Below, piece by piece: positions 1 through 16,430 of a stretch of DNA of 64,000 nucleotides. The translations under genes and the position numbers were made by a program. Under the pieces are notes generated by a model, which was not told the origin of the DNA, ran no database searches, and saw only the letters and a program-made list of their open reading frames with translations. Origin of the DNA: the human T2T-CHM13v2.0 reference genome, Homo sapiens. The DNA lies in assembly GCF_009914755.1 (NCBI RefSeq), contig NC_060928.1. The stretch is one strand, 5' to 3'. Numbering within the stretch: the first letter of the stretch is position 1; each line of letters opens with the position of its first letter.

Positions 1-306
1 GCTCATCATTTTGTCATCTGTAAGATATTGTTACCTTATCTAAGATCACCGAGGTTTTTTTTTTCTTTTGTTTTTCTGGAATTTTTAAGGGATTTGGCTT
101 AGTCTCCTGGAGATGGAGTGAGAACAAAGATCCTAGAGAAATAGTGATGGAGTTATATTTGGGTGAGGCTGCAAAGAAGATTGGTGTGGGGTTCTGGAAA
201 GAGCAGGGGTCTTTTTCAAAATGATCATAAGCAGTACTCTGGGGATGTGTGAAAAACTCAGAAAGAATTCCTTTGACTACTTGGTGCTGTTTAAGAGGCT
301 ACTACT

Positions 307-602
307 GGCCGGGCCCAGTGGCTCATGCCTGTAATCCTAGCACTTTGCGGGGCTGAGGCGTGCAGATCACCTGAGGTCAGGAGTACAAGATCATCCTGGC
401 CAACATGGTGAAACCCTGTCTCTACTAAAAATACAAAAAAATTACCTGGGCATGGTGGCGCACACCTGTAATTTCAGCTACTCGGAGGCTGAGACAAGAT
501 AAATTACTTGAACCCGGGAGGCAGAGGTTGCAGTGAGCTGAGATCGTGACACTGCCCTCCATCCTGGAGATCGAGACTCTGCCTTTAAAAAAAAAAAAAA
601 AA
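307..602 (+). mobile_element. Alu (AluS-type), full length
   Basis: Starts GGCCGGGCCCAGTGGCTC, two arms, A-tail, imperfect TSD AAGAGGCTACT/AAGTGGCTACT. Confidence 0.95.
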
Positions 603-2396
603 GTGGCTACTCCCAAGGCCTAGCCATTTTCGGTTCCCAAAGATCTATGGAAATGGCAGAACTGGCAACCTTTAAGGAATCACAAAGGCTAAGAAAACAA
701 ACATCTCAGTCTTAGTTACTTAACTAGCACGAACTCAGATCTGAGGATGAGGGGCCTCCCTGATGGGCAGGAACTTGGTTTGATCATAGAGTGCCAAGAA
801 TGAGCTAGAATATCCTGCTAGCTTTGCAATACGCAAACTTGGTGCCAGGTTAATGCAGAATTAATTTAAAGAAAATAACAAAATGCAATATCTTTCATAC
901 CTCGTAGTTACAATATTAAAACTAATACACCACATACTATATAGATTAATTCCAAGTTGCATAATTTCTTTATACTGTTCTTCTCAGAATGGTAGTCTAA
1001 TCTAGGTCTATAATTCGTGCTGACCCACGGCAGTGACCTGAAAGAGTTGGCACTTTCAGATTTTGAATATGTTGTCTCAGAGCATTTTCTCTCCACCTTT
1101 GCTAAGGACACGTCTCCCCTCAGCTTTCCGTGTCCGTCCCTGTTTCAGGCAAGGTGAGTTAGGCTCACAGTGAGCTCCGCCAGCTGTGGCTGTGTGTATT
1201 TGTGTGTCTGTGTGTTGTAGTGGTAACAGCATCAGCAGTGTTTGTTGCAGATCAGCTAACTCTGGTAAGAAGTTTCAAAGCTGGTTGTTATTTACTTTTT
1301 CGCTTTTTTTTTTGTTCCACCTGATAATTTTCCAAGTTAATTATTTATGCTGCAGAAAAATTATAATGCGTTATGAAAGCAATTCTGTGCTGTATCAGCT
1401 TTCCATTTTCTCTTTTGATCAAATATCACTATATTTCATACATATTTTTTCACAATTCGCAGTTTAGGATTGCAGCCACTTCTCGGTTTCATGATGGATG
1501 GAAGTTTAGTTTCTAGTTTTTGTATGTTTAAATAGGTCTCCATAGGTTTTAAGAATATGTCTGATACTATTTTAACAAATCTTTAGCCTCTGGAGTATGT
1601 ATTCTGTGTGTGTGCCAATACTACTAAGAACTCAGTTTCTCTTTAAAACATATTTTTATGCCCTCCATCCCTGCTCCACCCCATCATTTTTCCTGGGAGC
1701 AGCCAAAGCCATAGACAGAGTAGGAATTTAAATGTAATTTACAAATGCTGTCCTTCTCATTCCTCCTCCTGTGGTGATTTGTCCCAGGCCTCCTCTCTTC
1801 CTCTTCTAAGTCTAAATCAATATCAGTTAACACTGTCTCGCCAACACTCCTATGAGCTCCACCTCACAGATTAGCAGAGCCTTTTCTCATTTCAGAGGTA
1901 ACAGTTGAATGTGAATGAGTTGAATCAGGCTGATATAGGTTTCTACTGGATTTTCACTTTTCCACCTATAAAAATGAGAAAAATGAGAGACAGCTGAAAA
2001 AGGACCAAAGACTGCCTCTGAGGCTGTATGAGCAAGCTGCTTATCCCTGAGGCTGACACTGTTTCACTGACTTCAATAAGATCAAAGATGGAGTTGGATT
2101 TGAACCTAGGTCTCTCTTATTTCGAGTACATTACATTAGATTTTGTATTTACTGTTTCCTTCTGTTACTCTAATGGAATATGATACGGTCATAGACTATA
2201 TTAATTAAGACATACTTCTCAGGTATAAGTGGGTATAGTATAATAATGCTACTGCTTTTCAGTAAGTGGATTAATTTGACACGGGAATTCACAATTTGGC
2301 CATTTTATAAACAGAAATTATAAGGGACTATCTTGCAGAAAATTTTGTCCAAAATTTTGATTAAAACAGGATAACAAAATAAATTTATACAAATAA

Positions 2397-2807
<411 letters not shown>

Positions 2808-4008
2808 GTCCAATTTTTTTATGAAAGGTGATTTTCATATACAGTCACAATACTTGGGCATTTGTATGATTATTCAACAACTTGCAAATGATGCTGTCAA
2901 TAATTTTCAAGAAGAAACAATGCTCTTCCCTAATGGAAGAGTTGATCTGGTATATTCTAATGATCTCACTCGGAACAGTGAAATACTTAGGAGAGATCTT
3001 CTTCTTGGACTAAATGTAAAGACTTTTAAAAACTCCAGATTATACTGGTTATGACTTTTTAATAAATATGACTTTATTAGATACATTTTGAAGGGACTTG
3101 TGTCTTATAGAAGTATAATAAAAGAGCAGTCTATCATGCGTTTTAAACCAGTTACTTTGAATATCAGCCTATGGCCTTTAAAGCTCTGAACAGTTAGAAC
3201 TGAGCTGTATTTCTGTAATTGAAGGACTGTCCACATGGCCTAGAGCACATTCAAATGATGCTCCTAAATAAGCTTCCAGTTATCACCGAGGCACATGCAA
3301 ATGGGCAGAAATTTCACATCCAATCATTGTACAACAGGAGAAAATTCTGCTTGTATAATAGAAATGATAACCTTGAAATACTTGAGCACTCATCTTTGAG
3401 GAAAGCAGAAAGACCCGAAACCTATCATGTGACGAGCCCGTGAAGCCTAGAATCACAGGGCAGCATTAATTTCATGGGATCTAGCGAAAGAGGATCTAGA
3501 TGGTCATTCCAAGTCCTATGTAGCCTGTTTATCATCCCCATTTTACATTTAAATGTATGCAATAGGTGTCTTTACATGAGTAGACTTTAAATATAGGTAA
3601 TTTATAGGCACAATTCTTTACAAATATTTAAACACAATTTCTAAAATTATTCAAGGTTTTATCCCATTGCACAGTTAGACTCTATTTCAGTTGAAAAATA
3701 CACGTCAAATTGAAAGGTGTGAAATTATTTTTTTAAGCCGGTACTATAAATTATATGCCAGAAATATATGGTCACTTTCTCTAGTCATAGCAAATGTTCA
3801 GGTACCAAGTTAACTTTTTAAAAACTTTTCTAGAAGATCCATGGAAATCAGCTGTCACACTGCAACAGGACTCAGGAGGCCTAATATGTGCATTCCTGAT
3901 ATATTCAGCTGTTTTAATATAAGGTAGAGTAATACAGTAGAAAACAGACTACATATGGAGTCAGAACCATATGCAGCTTTCTTCACTCAATGTTTTTAAA
4001 ATGTTTAA

Positions 4009-4263
<255 letters not shown>

Positions 4264-5159
4264 TAGTGTTTTGGAACTTTACCTGCTTATTATCTGCAAC
4301 ATGAATTTAATAATATCATAAAAACTGCATTTAAAAAGAAGATGCACTGAGGTGATGAGTCATATACAACTGTGGGCAGGCAAGATTTTCTTGTTCCCTG
4401 TACCTCGTTAACTCATTAGTGCAGGATACAGATTGGATAACGTCTGCTAGTGAGGAACTCTGTGTTAAAATGCCTTTCCATAGGTGTCACTTTCTCCTGT
4501 CCCTGCAGTGCCACCACAAAAGCCCAGCCAGTTGATGGCTTTAGCCAATGTGGCAGCAGGGAGTGTGAGGCTTCTGGCTTTGCTAGGACTCAGGCCAGCT
4601 GTCTCCGTCACTGGGCTCAGGGTGCTCCCTTTAGTTACAAAATCAGACCCCGTGTTGTGGAGCCTGTGCATGTTTGCATTGCTCTTTTGAGTTAAAAATC
4701 ATTTAGACCTAATGAGTTTAGGATAAAGGACTATAAACAGCCTGTCTTATCCAAGTTTTCTGCAATGGAGTCTGCCAGCTCATGCCCAGCTAACGATGTG
4801 TCTTTGAAGCCATTAGGTATTTTCTATTATTTTTTTGCACATAAATATGCTTTGTGGACCTTGTAGAAAGAGGTGACTAGAGACTGGAGCAAGATTCAGG
4901 TCTTCCTGGATGCCCTGCTAAATGTCATATGATTACATTGGTTAAAGTCCTAATTCTTCATTAATACCAACATATGTGATGGTGGGTTGCTTTCATGTAT
5001 TTCTGATAGTAATCATTAGTGCTGTTTATTATTAATATGATCATTTTATCCTTGATTTCCTAGTATGCTGAAGAAAAGTATGTTATTCAATCAGCTTTGT
5101 GCTAAACTATAGTATATTTGGCCCTTAAAAGTCCTTTGCTTGCTCCCCGAATGTTGAAG

Positions 5160-5830
<671 letters not shown>

Positions 5831-5869
5831 GCCACTGCTTGGACTTCCACGGCTTCACCTCAGACCCTC

Positions 5870-7722
5870 ATCCGATGCTGCCTTGGCTATTCCAGGAAAC
5901 TGCTCTCTGCTTCTAGTCTTATCACAGCTGGGAGGCAGGTTCTCAGCCATGCTCGCCCCCTACCTGGAAACAGACTCGGGGCTGTTGTGGGGGGCACGGT
6001 GAGAGTGAGACCGGCCCTCTGGGTTGTGTGGGATCCGCCCGATACTGCCACAGCTGATGCTGTCTTGAAAGCACCACCTCCCAGCAGGAGCCCAACCAGC
6101 ACACAAATAGTGCACTAAACAACCAAAGCTAAGGACCCTCACAGAGTCCACTTCACCCTCCTGCCGCCTCCACCAGAGCAGGTGCTGGTATCCATGGCTG
6201 GGAGACCCACAGATGTTTCACATCACAGGACTCTGCAGACAACCCTCTTTACCAGCCCATAGCCTGGCAGACTTGCTGGGTGGCTAGACCCAGAAGAGAA
6301 AAAACAATCACTGCAGTTCGGCTCTCAAGAAGCCACATCCCTAGGAAAAGGGGGAGAGTACTACATCAAGGGAACACCCATGGGACAAAAGACTCTGAAC
6401 AACAGCCTTCAGCCCCAGACCTTCCCTCTGACACAGCCTACACAAATGAGAAGGAACCAGAAAACCAACTCTGGTAATATGACAAAACAAGTTTCTTTAA
6501 CACCCCCCAAAATCACACTAGCTCACCAGCAATGGATCCAAACCAAGAAGAAATCCCTGATTAACCTGAAAAGAATTCAGAAGGTTAGTTATTAAGCTAA
6601 CCAGGGAGGGCTCCAGAGAAAGGCAAAGCCCAATTTAAGGAAGTAAAAAAAAATGACACAAGAAATGAGGGCAGAAACTTTCAATGAAATAGATAGCATA
6701 AATAAAAAAGAATCAAAACTTCAGGAAACAATGGACACACAGAAATGCAAAATGCTCTGGAAAGTCTCAGCAGTAGACTCGAACAAGCAGAAGAAAGAAC
6801 TTCAGAGCTCAAAGACAAGGTTTTCGAATTAACCCAATGCAACAAAGACAAAGAAAAAAGAATAAGAATATATGAACAAAGCCTCCAAGAAGTCTGGGAT
6901 TGTGTTAAATGACCAAACCTAAGAAAAATCGGTATTCCAGAGGAAGAAGAGAAAAATAAAAGTTTGGAAAACATATTTGGGGGAATAATCGAGGAATACT
7001 TCCCTGACTTTGCTAGAGACCTGGACATCCAAATACAAGAAGCACAAAGAACACCTGGGAAATTCACCACAAAAAGATGATTGCCTAGGCACATGGTCAT
7101 CAGGTTATCTAACGTTAAGACAAAGGAAAGCATCCTAAGAGCTGTGAGGCAAAACAAACAAACAAACAAAACAAAACAAAACAAAAAACCGGAACCTATA
7201 AAGGAAAACTTACCAGATTAACAGCAGATTTCTCAGCAGAAACCCTACAGGCGAGAAAAGATTTGTGGCCCTATCTTCAGCCTCCTTAAACAAAACAATT
7301 ATTAGCCAAGAATTTTGTATCCAGCAAATCTAAGCTTCATAAATGAAGGAAAGATACAGTCCTTTTCAGACAAACAAATGCTGAGAGAATTTGCCACTAC
7401 CAAGCCAGCACTACAAGAACTGCTAAAAGGAGCTCTAAATCTTGAAACAAATCCTGGAAACATATCAAAACAGAACCTGTTTAAAGCATAAATCTCACAG
7501 GACCTATAAAACAAAAATACAATTAACAAAACAAAATGAAAAACCGAGGTATACAGGCGACAATAACACAACGAATGGAATGATACCTCAAGTCTCAATA
7601 CTAGCATTGAATGTAAATGGCCTAAATGCTCCACTTCAAAGATACAGAATTGCAGAACGGATAAGCCTTCACCAACCATCTGCTGCCTTCAAGAGACTCA
7701 CCTAACACATAAGGACTCATAA
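5870..7722 (+). mobile_element. L1 (L1PB-like) 5' portion: 5'UTR, decayed ORF1, start of ORF2
   Basis: ORF1-like start MRRNQKTNSGNMTKQ at 6446; ORF2 endonuclease start SILALNVNGLNAPLQRYRIAE at about 7590; stops and frameshifts. Confidence 0.9.
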
Positions 7723-8270
7723 AATCTCTTGCTAATTTCTCCTCTCCTTTGCTCCCCAATCCTATACCAGAAGGCAAGAATGTTAATCTCTTCCTTAAAA
7801 TTGCCGCTTGCTTCCCATCTATTCAATAAAGTCCAAATTACCTATCTTACGCGTGGTTTTTAGTTGTCTGTTGCCTACCTAATCCTCTGACCTCATATTC
7901 CCAATGCTTATATCATTCACCATGACTTGGAACATTTCATTCCTTATATTATCCCTTCCCTAGACCTTCCCTCTGATTATCTCTTCCATCTGGACCTTTC
8001 CCTTCCTCAATGGGCAATTTCCATTCATTATTTAAGGCTCAGCTTAATTTACTCCGTTGTGGAGCTCTTCCTTATCACTCCCTAGTCAGTCGCTCCCTCC
8101 CCAGCACTGTCTCTAGGCTTGTATCACAGCACCACACCACCTGCTGACTTGTCAGCCTGGCTCATGATACCTTGCTGCCTTTAATCAAGTCTGGTTCTTC
8201 AATTATGATCACAGTGTTTGCTACATAGTAGAAGATAAAGAAATACTTGTCTGTTGGATGAATGGTCAAG
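7723..8270 (+). mobile_element. L2 3' fragment
   Basis: L2-like motifs ending in ACATAGTAG...TTGGATGAATG. Confidence 0.6.
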
Positions 8271-8322
8271 TAGCAATGAACTTTGCCTATTCTTTTTCAA
8301 CATAAGTAACTTACAATACTTC

Positions 8323-8400
8323 TTTTACTCTCATTGAAGGTATTTAAAATACCTTCACCACAATTTTACTCTCATTGAATGTATTTTAAAATACTTTCAA
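8323..8400. repeat. Two-copy tandem duplication (about 41 bp), each copy carrying a palindrome
   Basis: TTTTACTCTCATTGAA-GTATTT-AAAATAC at 8323 and 8364. Confidence 0.85.
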
Positions 8401-9625
8401 TTCCTCACCCTTCAACATCCATCTCAGCCCTCAGTTCTACTGCAGATGCAACTATTTTTAAGGCAACTTTTTAGATATATTGTAAATACTGAAAATAAAA
8501 AATAATAACTATTTAAAATGAAGATCATTCAGGAAAACTTACTATTTCATCTGCGTTTAGTTCAATATGCCAATTTCATGTGCTGTATTTATAAAATTAT
8601 TCTTTAATAAGCATCACTAATATATCTATGAGAAGCCATTAATTACTGCCTCTACAAAAGGCTAGTGTCAAAGGTAATGTTATCTCAAAATCTGAGATGT
8701 TTAAGTTCCAAACTTTGTCAATTTTTTTTCTGTAATCAAGAATCCACATGTTGGATGTTTTACTATAAAATATTACTGAGTAACATTTAACATGGATTTA
8801 AAGCTGGAGCCAATAAATTTATTATGGTGTAAATTAGCTTCTTTATAGAATTTTCTCCAAAGTTGTTCGATAACATGAGAGTTGGAATGAATGGAATGTA
8901 CTCAATAACTATTTTTAATCTATTTAGTTATGAAGGACCAAATAAATGGGTGGATGGATTTCTAGGCACTGTCTTGGGAGACAAAAGATAAAGAGTAACT
9001 AAGCTGAATTTCCTTCCTTTGGCAAAGGCTGTCCCTTAAACAACTGGTGTATTGTCAGAAAGTGATTTAAACTATGTTCATGCAGCAACAAGCATCTGTT
9101 TTGTAAATAACCAAAACATTTTGTTCAGGTGGCAAAGTGGTATCTTCAATTTAGAACTGACCAGCCTTTGGTGAAATGCTTCTAATTAATCTAATTGCTT
9201 AATTAAATCCATGCTCAAGGGATATTTTTTCAACCAAAGCCTCCTAATTGTTTATCAATGAGTGTGATTCACATTCTGCTTTATCTGTGAGCTCCTTCTT
9301 GAGCTCCTTAAAGATAGCCAAAGACAGGGGAAAAGAGGTTTTAGAAGCACTGCCTCACATTGAATGGACCTTAGTCGGTGCGTAGAATAGAAGCTGGCAG
9401 GTCACAGTGTTTCTAAGTAGAGCACAGCCAACCTTAGGCTTCATCTTACCATGAAACATAGAGCCTCCTTCCTTTGTGATTCACAAAGCCCTTTCCATCA
9501 CTCTGGCCATCCCTCCAGCTCTTTTGCCCGTATTTCCCCGTTCCTGCTCTTGTTTCCACACATTCTCTCTGAAACTCTCAAAAATACCTTCTCCTCCCTT
9601 TCCATATTTTCTTCATGTATTTTTC

Positions 9626-9804
9626 TTTTTTCTTTCTTTTTACTTTTTTTTTTTGAGACAGAGTCTTGCTGTGTCACCCAGGCTGGAGTGTAGTGGCGTA
9701 ATCTTGGCTTACTGCAACCTCTGCCTCCCCAGTTCAAGCAATTCTCCTGACTCAGCCTCCTGAGTAGCTGGGACTACAGGCACCCACCACCATGCCTGGC
9801 TAAT

Positions 9805-9851
<47 letters not shown>

Positions 9852-10038
9852 TTATATATATATATACACACATATATAATGTGTGTGTGTATATATATAT
9901 ATATATATTTTTTTATTTTTAGTAGAGGTGGAGTTTCAACATGCTGGCCAGGCTGGTCTTGAGCTCCTGACCTTGTGATCCACCCGCCCTGGCCTCCCAA
10001 AGCACAGGGATTACAGACATGAGGCACCATGCCCGGCC
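9626..10038 (-). mobile_element. Alu with a (TA)n/(CA)n/(TG)n expansion in the central linker
   Basis: 17-bp TSD TTCTTCATGTATTTTTC at 9609 and 10039; microsatellite at 9807-9908. Confidence 0.95.
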
Positions 10039-10289
10039 TTCTTCATGTATTTTTCAAATTAGCAATTTATATTTTTTGAAATTGAAAATAACATCCAATA
10101 GATGAACAGCATATCATGCCAGAAGCCTTGCTTTCAATGCATTTGCATTTGCTTTATCATCGTCTCTTCTGATATCAAGCCTGAGATTTCTCACTCTGAA
10201 AATAATTTTATCTCTTGTCAATCTTGTTATCTCAGCTACATCTCTTAATGTTGATTACACCCAAATCCATGCTTACTGAACACAGTCAG

Positions 10290-10420
10290 ATGTTCTAAGT
10301 GAGCTAACATGTGTAAGGCATTTAATAGTTGCCCTGGTACTTACTAAGTGACGTGAAATTTTTGGCTATTACTATTACATCATCATCATCATTATCATTA
10401 CTATTATTATCATTATTCTT
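10290..10420 (+). mobile_element. MIR 3' fragment
   Basis: TGAGCTAACATGTGTAAGGCATTTAATAG...ACTAAGTG then (ATT/ATC)n tail. Confidence 0.65.
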
Positions 10421-12319
10421 ATGTTTCTATTAGGTTGCCTCAGAGCAAATCAAATGCATATAACCAAATGTTTTAATCCTTATGTGTATGTTTTTTAATG
10501 TAAATTCATAGTTTCCACTCTCAAACTTGTCCTTCTTCCTTTTATGCTCTGCATTGAACCACTGTTAATTTCTTACCAACCTCTGTTACATCTCTTGTAT
10601 TCATTTTCTCTTCTCCACGTAGATCCTGTTGACTTTGGCTTACACTCATTTCATTTCACTGGGATTCTTCTCTAGATGCTCAACTTTTTCTTCAAACTAT
10701 AATTCATCTTATCTGTGGTAATCAGTTTATTTTTTAAAGCATAGTTCTGTTTACAAGACTTCTCACAAGCTTCCAAGTCTCTATTGCCTGTTGAATAAAG
10801 TTCACCGTCCTTCATGTGACACTGAAGGTGTTCAGTCTCCCGCTTTCAGATAATGTTTCTGGTGCAGTCACCTGCCATTTTCTTTCACACCTCCTAGAGT
10901 GCAACGGATCTGCATAGTATTTAATGCTCCTCATTCAATGACTATGTAGTGAAGTGTTCCTGGAAGCCTGGTTCTAGTTTAAGTGTCTTCACCCAGTGAT
11001 AAGACTGACACGATCACTGCTCTGTGATTAACATTACTTTGCTCACGCTCCCAACTCTGCTCCCTTCTCCAAGATACTTTTGTGCTCATTCATCCACATC
11101 TGATTTATCTGGTGTGAAACTGATCATAGGTCTCCTTATTTATGAAGTATTCTGGTAATTCCGACTGAAAGTCCTCTTTTTCTTCTTCATTCTCGTGTTA
11201 TTTATTTATATCTTTTTCATCGCACTTAGCCTTTTCACTCTTGGTCAGCTTTCTGTTCAGTGTTCAGGGAATACATGAAGATTCTCTGAACCCGCGACAA
11301 GGAATGCTGTAGCTTGGAATAGTCTTTCTAAGTCCAGAGGCTGCTTTCTTCAACTGTGTGTGCCTTTCACAAGTTTCCAACTTCTATTCGGAGCCAGCCA
11401 GTGCTGTGTCTACTGGTACAAAACATAGTGTTGTAAGGCTACACGTGGAAATGCGCTTAAACTAGAAGCAATAACAGACATAGGTTAGTGTAAGTTATAT
11501 TTTTTCTGTGAGTTTTGAATTTTGTTTTCACTTTTATATTTCTGCAAATGGAAGATGGCAAAAGGGCTGTAAAGAAGTGAAGATCAGAAACTGCCTCAAA
11601 TTTCAAGGCAAGAAAAGGCAGATTGTTAGAAATATCCATCTGATTGAGGAAAAGTGACATGTTTGCTTGAGGTATGTGTGTAATAGATTCCACTGACCAC
11701 TGCACGGAATATGTGCAGACACAGCTGATGCTGCAACCTTATCTTAAAAACTCATCCTTTAAAAAATAATTTCCGCATCACAAATATGCTTTTTCTTTAT
11801 TTCTTCTCATACCATTTTACCGCCTAGTTACCAATTTGCTGAAAACGTAGTTTCACAAGAATCCTGATTTGCAGAGCACAGGTTTCCTTAGCTCGAGGCT
11901 GTATATATGTTCTGAAATGGAAATAAAGTCTCTTTCAATGATTGGATTCAGTGGAGCTGGGTTTACTGTAAAGGGAACTTTAATAGCTATTTTTCAATGA
12001 ACACAGACCATCTCCTTTTGATTAAGTTTAACTATTAATGTAATTTGACAAGGAGGTGAGAAGCTCATGCCTCATCTTCATCTGCTGTCTAAAGTAACTT
12101 AAGCAAAAGCAAAGAAAAGAAGCAGTAAGGTGTTGCTGCTGGAAAATTCTGTCTGAAAATGCTGTTATTTGAAATTATTTATAGAGAATTCACTGAAGTG
12201 AACTATTTCAATAATATTTTTATGTTAACGAAGGTTATCAATGATAAGATGAGCCAATTATAATAGTCTATTATAATTTAAAATGAATCACTGGTTATCT
12301 TTTCAACACATTTTATGTC

Positions 12320-12824
<505 letters not shown>

Positions 12825-13161
12825 CTATAAATTTTAGCTCTTATTATTTATTTATTGTTAAGAAAATACTCAACATTTTGAAGGAAATGATTATATCTTT
12901 CAACATTCTTGTGACTTTTCTGGATATCTGCTGATTTGATGCATTTTTAAAAATCAAAATATGTAACATGTTTTTACCTTATTAATCTAGCATACCATTT
13001 AAATATACAACAGTGTTTCTTCTCTTGACTAATAAGTGAACGATAATGATAATTCAACAACTACATGATTTATTATCTGATCTGAGGTTTAACTTTAAAT
13101 GCCAACATCATTTTTAAGGTATTTTAAAATAGACTTTATTTTTAAAGCAGTTTTGTGTTCA

Positions 13162-13763
<602 letters not shown>

Positions 13764-14447
13764 TCATAAAAAAGCATTTGATACTTTGTTTATCCATATA
13801 TTTGCGAACATAAATGGAGTTTTTTGGATCAGATGACATAGTATCTATTTCCTTAATCTATGGGTTAGAATATAAAATGTGATTGATTACAAATAACTTG
13901 TTTTTCATGAAAAAAATTAGCAGCTCTTGTAAAATGCATCTGAATAAGGAGAAAGTGTGCTACAAATGAGTAAAGAAAAACGCTGACTGGCTATACAAAT
14001 ACACTACTCATTAGCACACAAAAACTGTCTCACTTAACCAGGGAACTCCTTCCATTCCATCAGGCATTCCTTCCAGAGCACGTTCTTGCCTTTTAAATCA
14101 TCAATCATTGCTGCCACTTTAGTGAGACCAAAAGGGTTAAAACTGAAACCCAGCCATTCCCTTTCACTTCTGCAAATGCAGCTCAGCTTTCCCTTCTCTG
14201 GTCTATAACAAATGCCACCCACTCTTTCCTCTGGGGTCTTCTCTGATTTGTATGGCCAGTCCCCAACCCGCCTCCTGAACTTCCATGCAACAATTTCAGA
14301 CCCTCAGCAGTGGAAAGTCTTAGCATAGATGTTCTGTGAGCTTCAGGGCTTAACCCCTCATGAAACTTGACCTGAATCCGTCAGTGGATAGAAAACGGAT
14401 TTCATATTTAGAATCAGCATAACTATTTGTTACAATTTTCCAGAGTG

Positions 14448-14876
<429 letters not shown>

Positions 14877-16182
14877 TAGTTTCTGTGAATGTGTCTTATC
14901 TTTTAAATTAAATCCAAAGCTCTTTGAGCCAGAAACTTTGTCTTGTATGAGGTTTGCTATATAAGTATTTGGAGGGAAAATTGAGTGACTCGTTCTTTCG
15001 TAAAACTGTTATATCGGAACACCACAGCTTCATGAAAACACATTAACTAGAAGTTATTACACTGGAGTTCGATCTCCAAATAGTGCGGGTTGATTAAGTT
15101 CCATTAGCTCTGTGGCTTTAAGCAAGTTCCCTACTTCTCAAGACCTTATTGAATTCACTTTACAATAGGGTGACTGGGTCAGGTGATGTCTCCAGTATTC
15201 TCCCTTTTAAAGTTATATCACTTTTCAAAAAGAAAGTCTATTCTAAGAAAGAAAATATGACTCGAAGTCTGAATTTGCCCAAATACTAAAGAAAGGCTAA
15301 AGTTAAAGCAAATCTTATTCATAGAGAGCACTAGTAAATCTATTTCTTTTTGATGCTTGAATGTTTTCTATGCTGGAATGTTCTTGGTACATATTAGGTT
15401 ATAAAATGACTCATCTTTAGGACATTTCAGTGCCTGAGGGTATTTTCTTTGTAATCCATGTATTGAAATTTGACTCTTGATAGCACATGCCAAGCACATA
15501 GTTCCATAATATGATTTTTTAAAATTACAGATAATGAATATCAGATGAACACAACAGAAGACACTTAGAAATAAATCACATTTTGACCACTTTTAACAAA
15601 TACTCTTAGATCAGTGTCAGATATGAGTCCTTAAAGTTTGGCCACAAAGATAATAAACACTTTATCAAATCTCTATCTTCCTAATGTGTGCTCTTCTGAA
15701 GAATTATTGTCTCTAACAATGCTCTCAAAGAGCTACCAGAAAGGTTATTAAAATGAAACCTATGGTCACTGTAGTCAGAATACAAAACAAACACGCATAG
15801 TCACAGTTCATTTGCATCCATTTGCACAGTGCATTTGTTTGATTTTACAAATAACTGATAGATGAGTGGAAATAATATTCAATGTCTTGCAATTTGCAGA
15901 AAAGAGAAGTGCGACTTTAATCTCAGAAGAAAATATTTCCCAGAGAATGTGAATATCTAGTATGTTGTGCTATCAAAACTCTATCCCTTTATTTTATGTC
16001 CTTGCTTGACATTTAGTTGGGGTTTATTCAAGGATTACTTGATTGGAAAAGTGCCTGCATATTTGGATGTTTAAATACATTTGATTTATGTCTCAAGTGA
16101 CATTTGTGGAAAACATTTTCTGTTTTAGAAACAGTCAGGGTCAGGGAGGTCTCGCCGAGGGGAGGCAGGGACTCAAATGAAG

Positions 16183-16430
16183 GACTGGCCACATGGAGCA
16201 TGTGTGTCTCGGAGAAGAACATTGCTGACCTCTGTAGGAAGAAAGACTGGCCACATGGAGTATGTGTATCTCGGAGAAGAACATTGCTGACCTCTGTAGG
16301 AAGAAAGACTGGCCACATGGAGCATGTGTATCTTGGAGAAGAACATTGCTGACCTCTGTAGGAAGAAAGACTGGCCACATGGAGCATGTGTATCTCGGAG
16401 AAGAACATTGCTGACCTCTGTAGGAAGAAA
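16183..16430. repeat. Minisatellite, 62-bp unit x4
   Basis: GACTGGCCACATGGAGCATGTGTATCTCGGAGAAGAACATTGCTGACCTCTGTAGGAAGAAA at 16183, 16245, 16307 and 16369. Confidence 0.97.

Noticed and set aside
6446-7722. Active L1 ORF1/ORF2
   Set aside because: Multiple stops and frameshifts; ORF2 is truncated after about 50 codons
15810-15817. Octamer ATTTGCAT (also at 10141)
   Set aside because: Isolated 8-mers are expected by chance in 64 kb of AT-rich DNA
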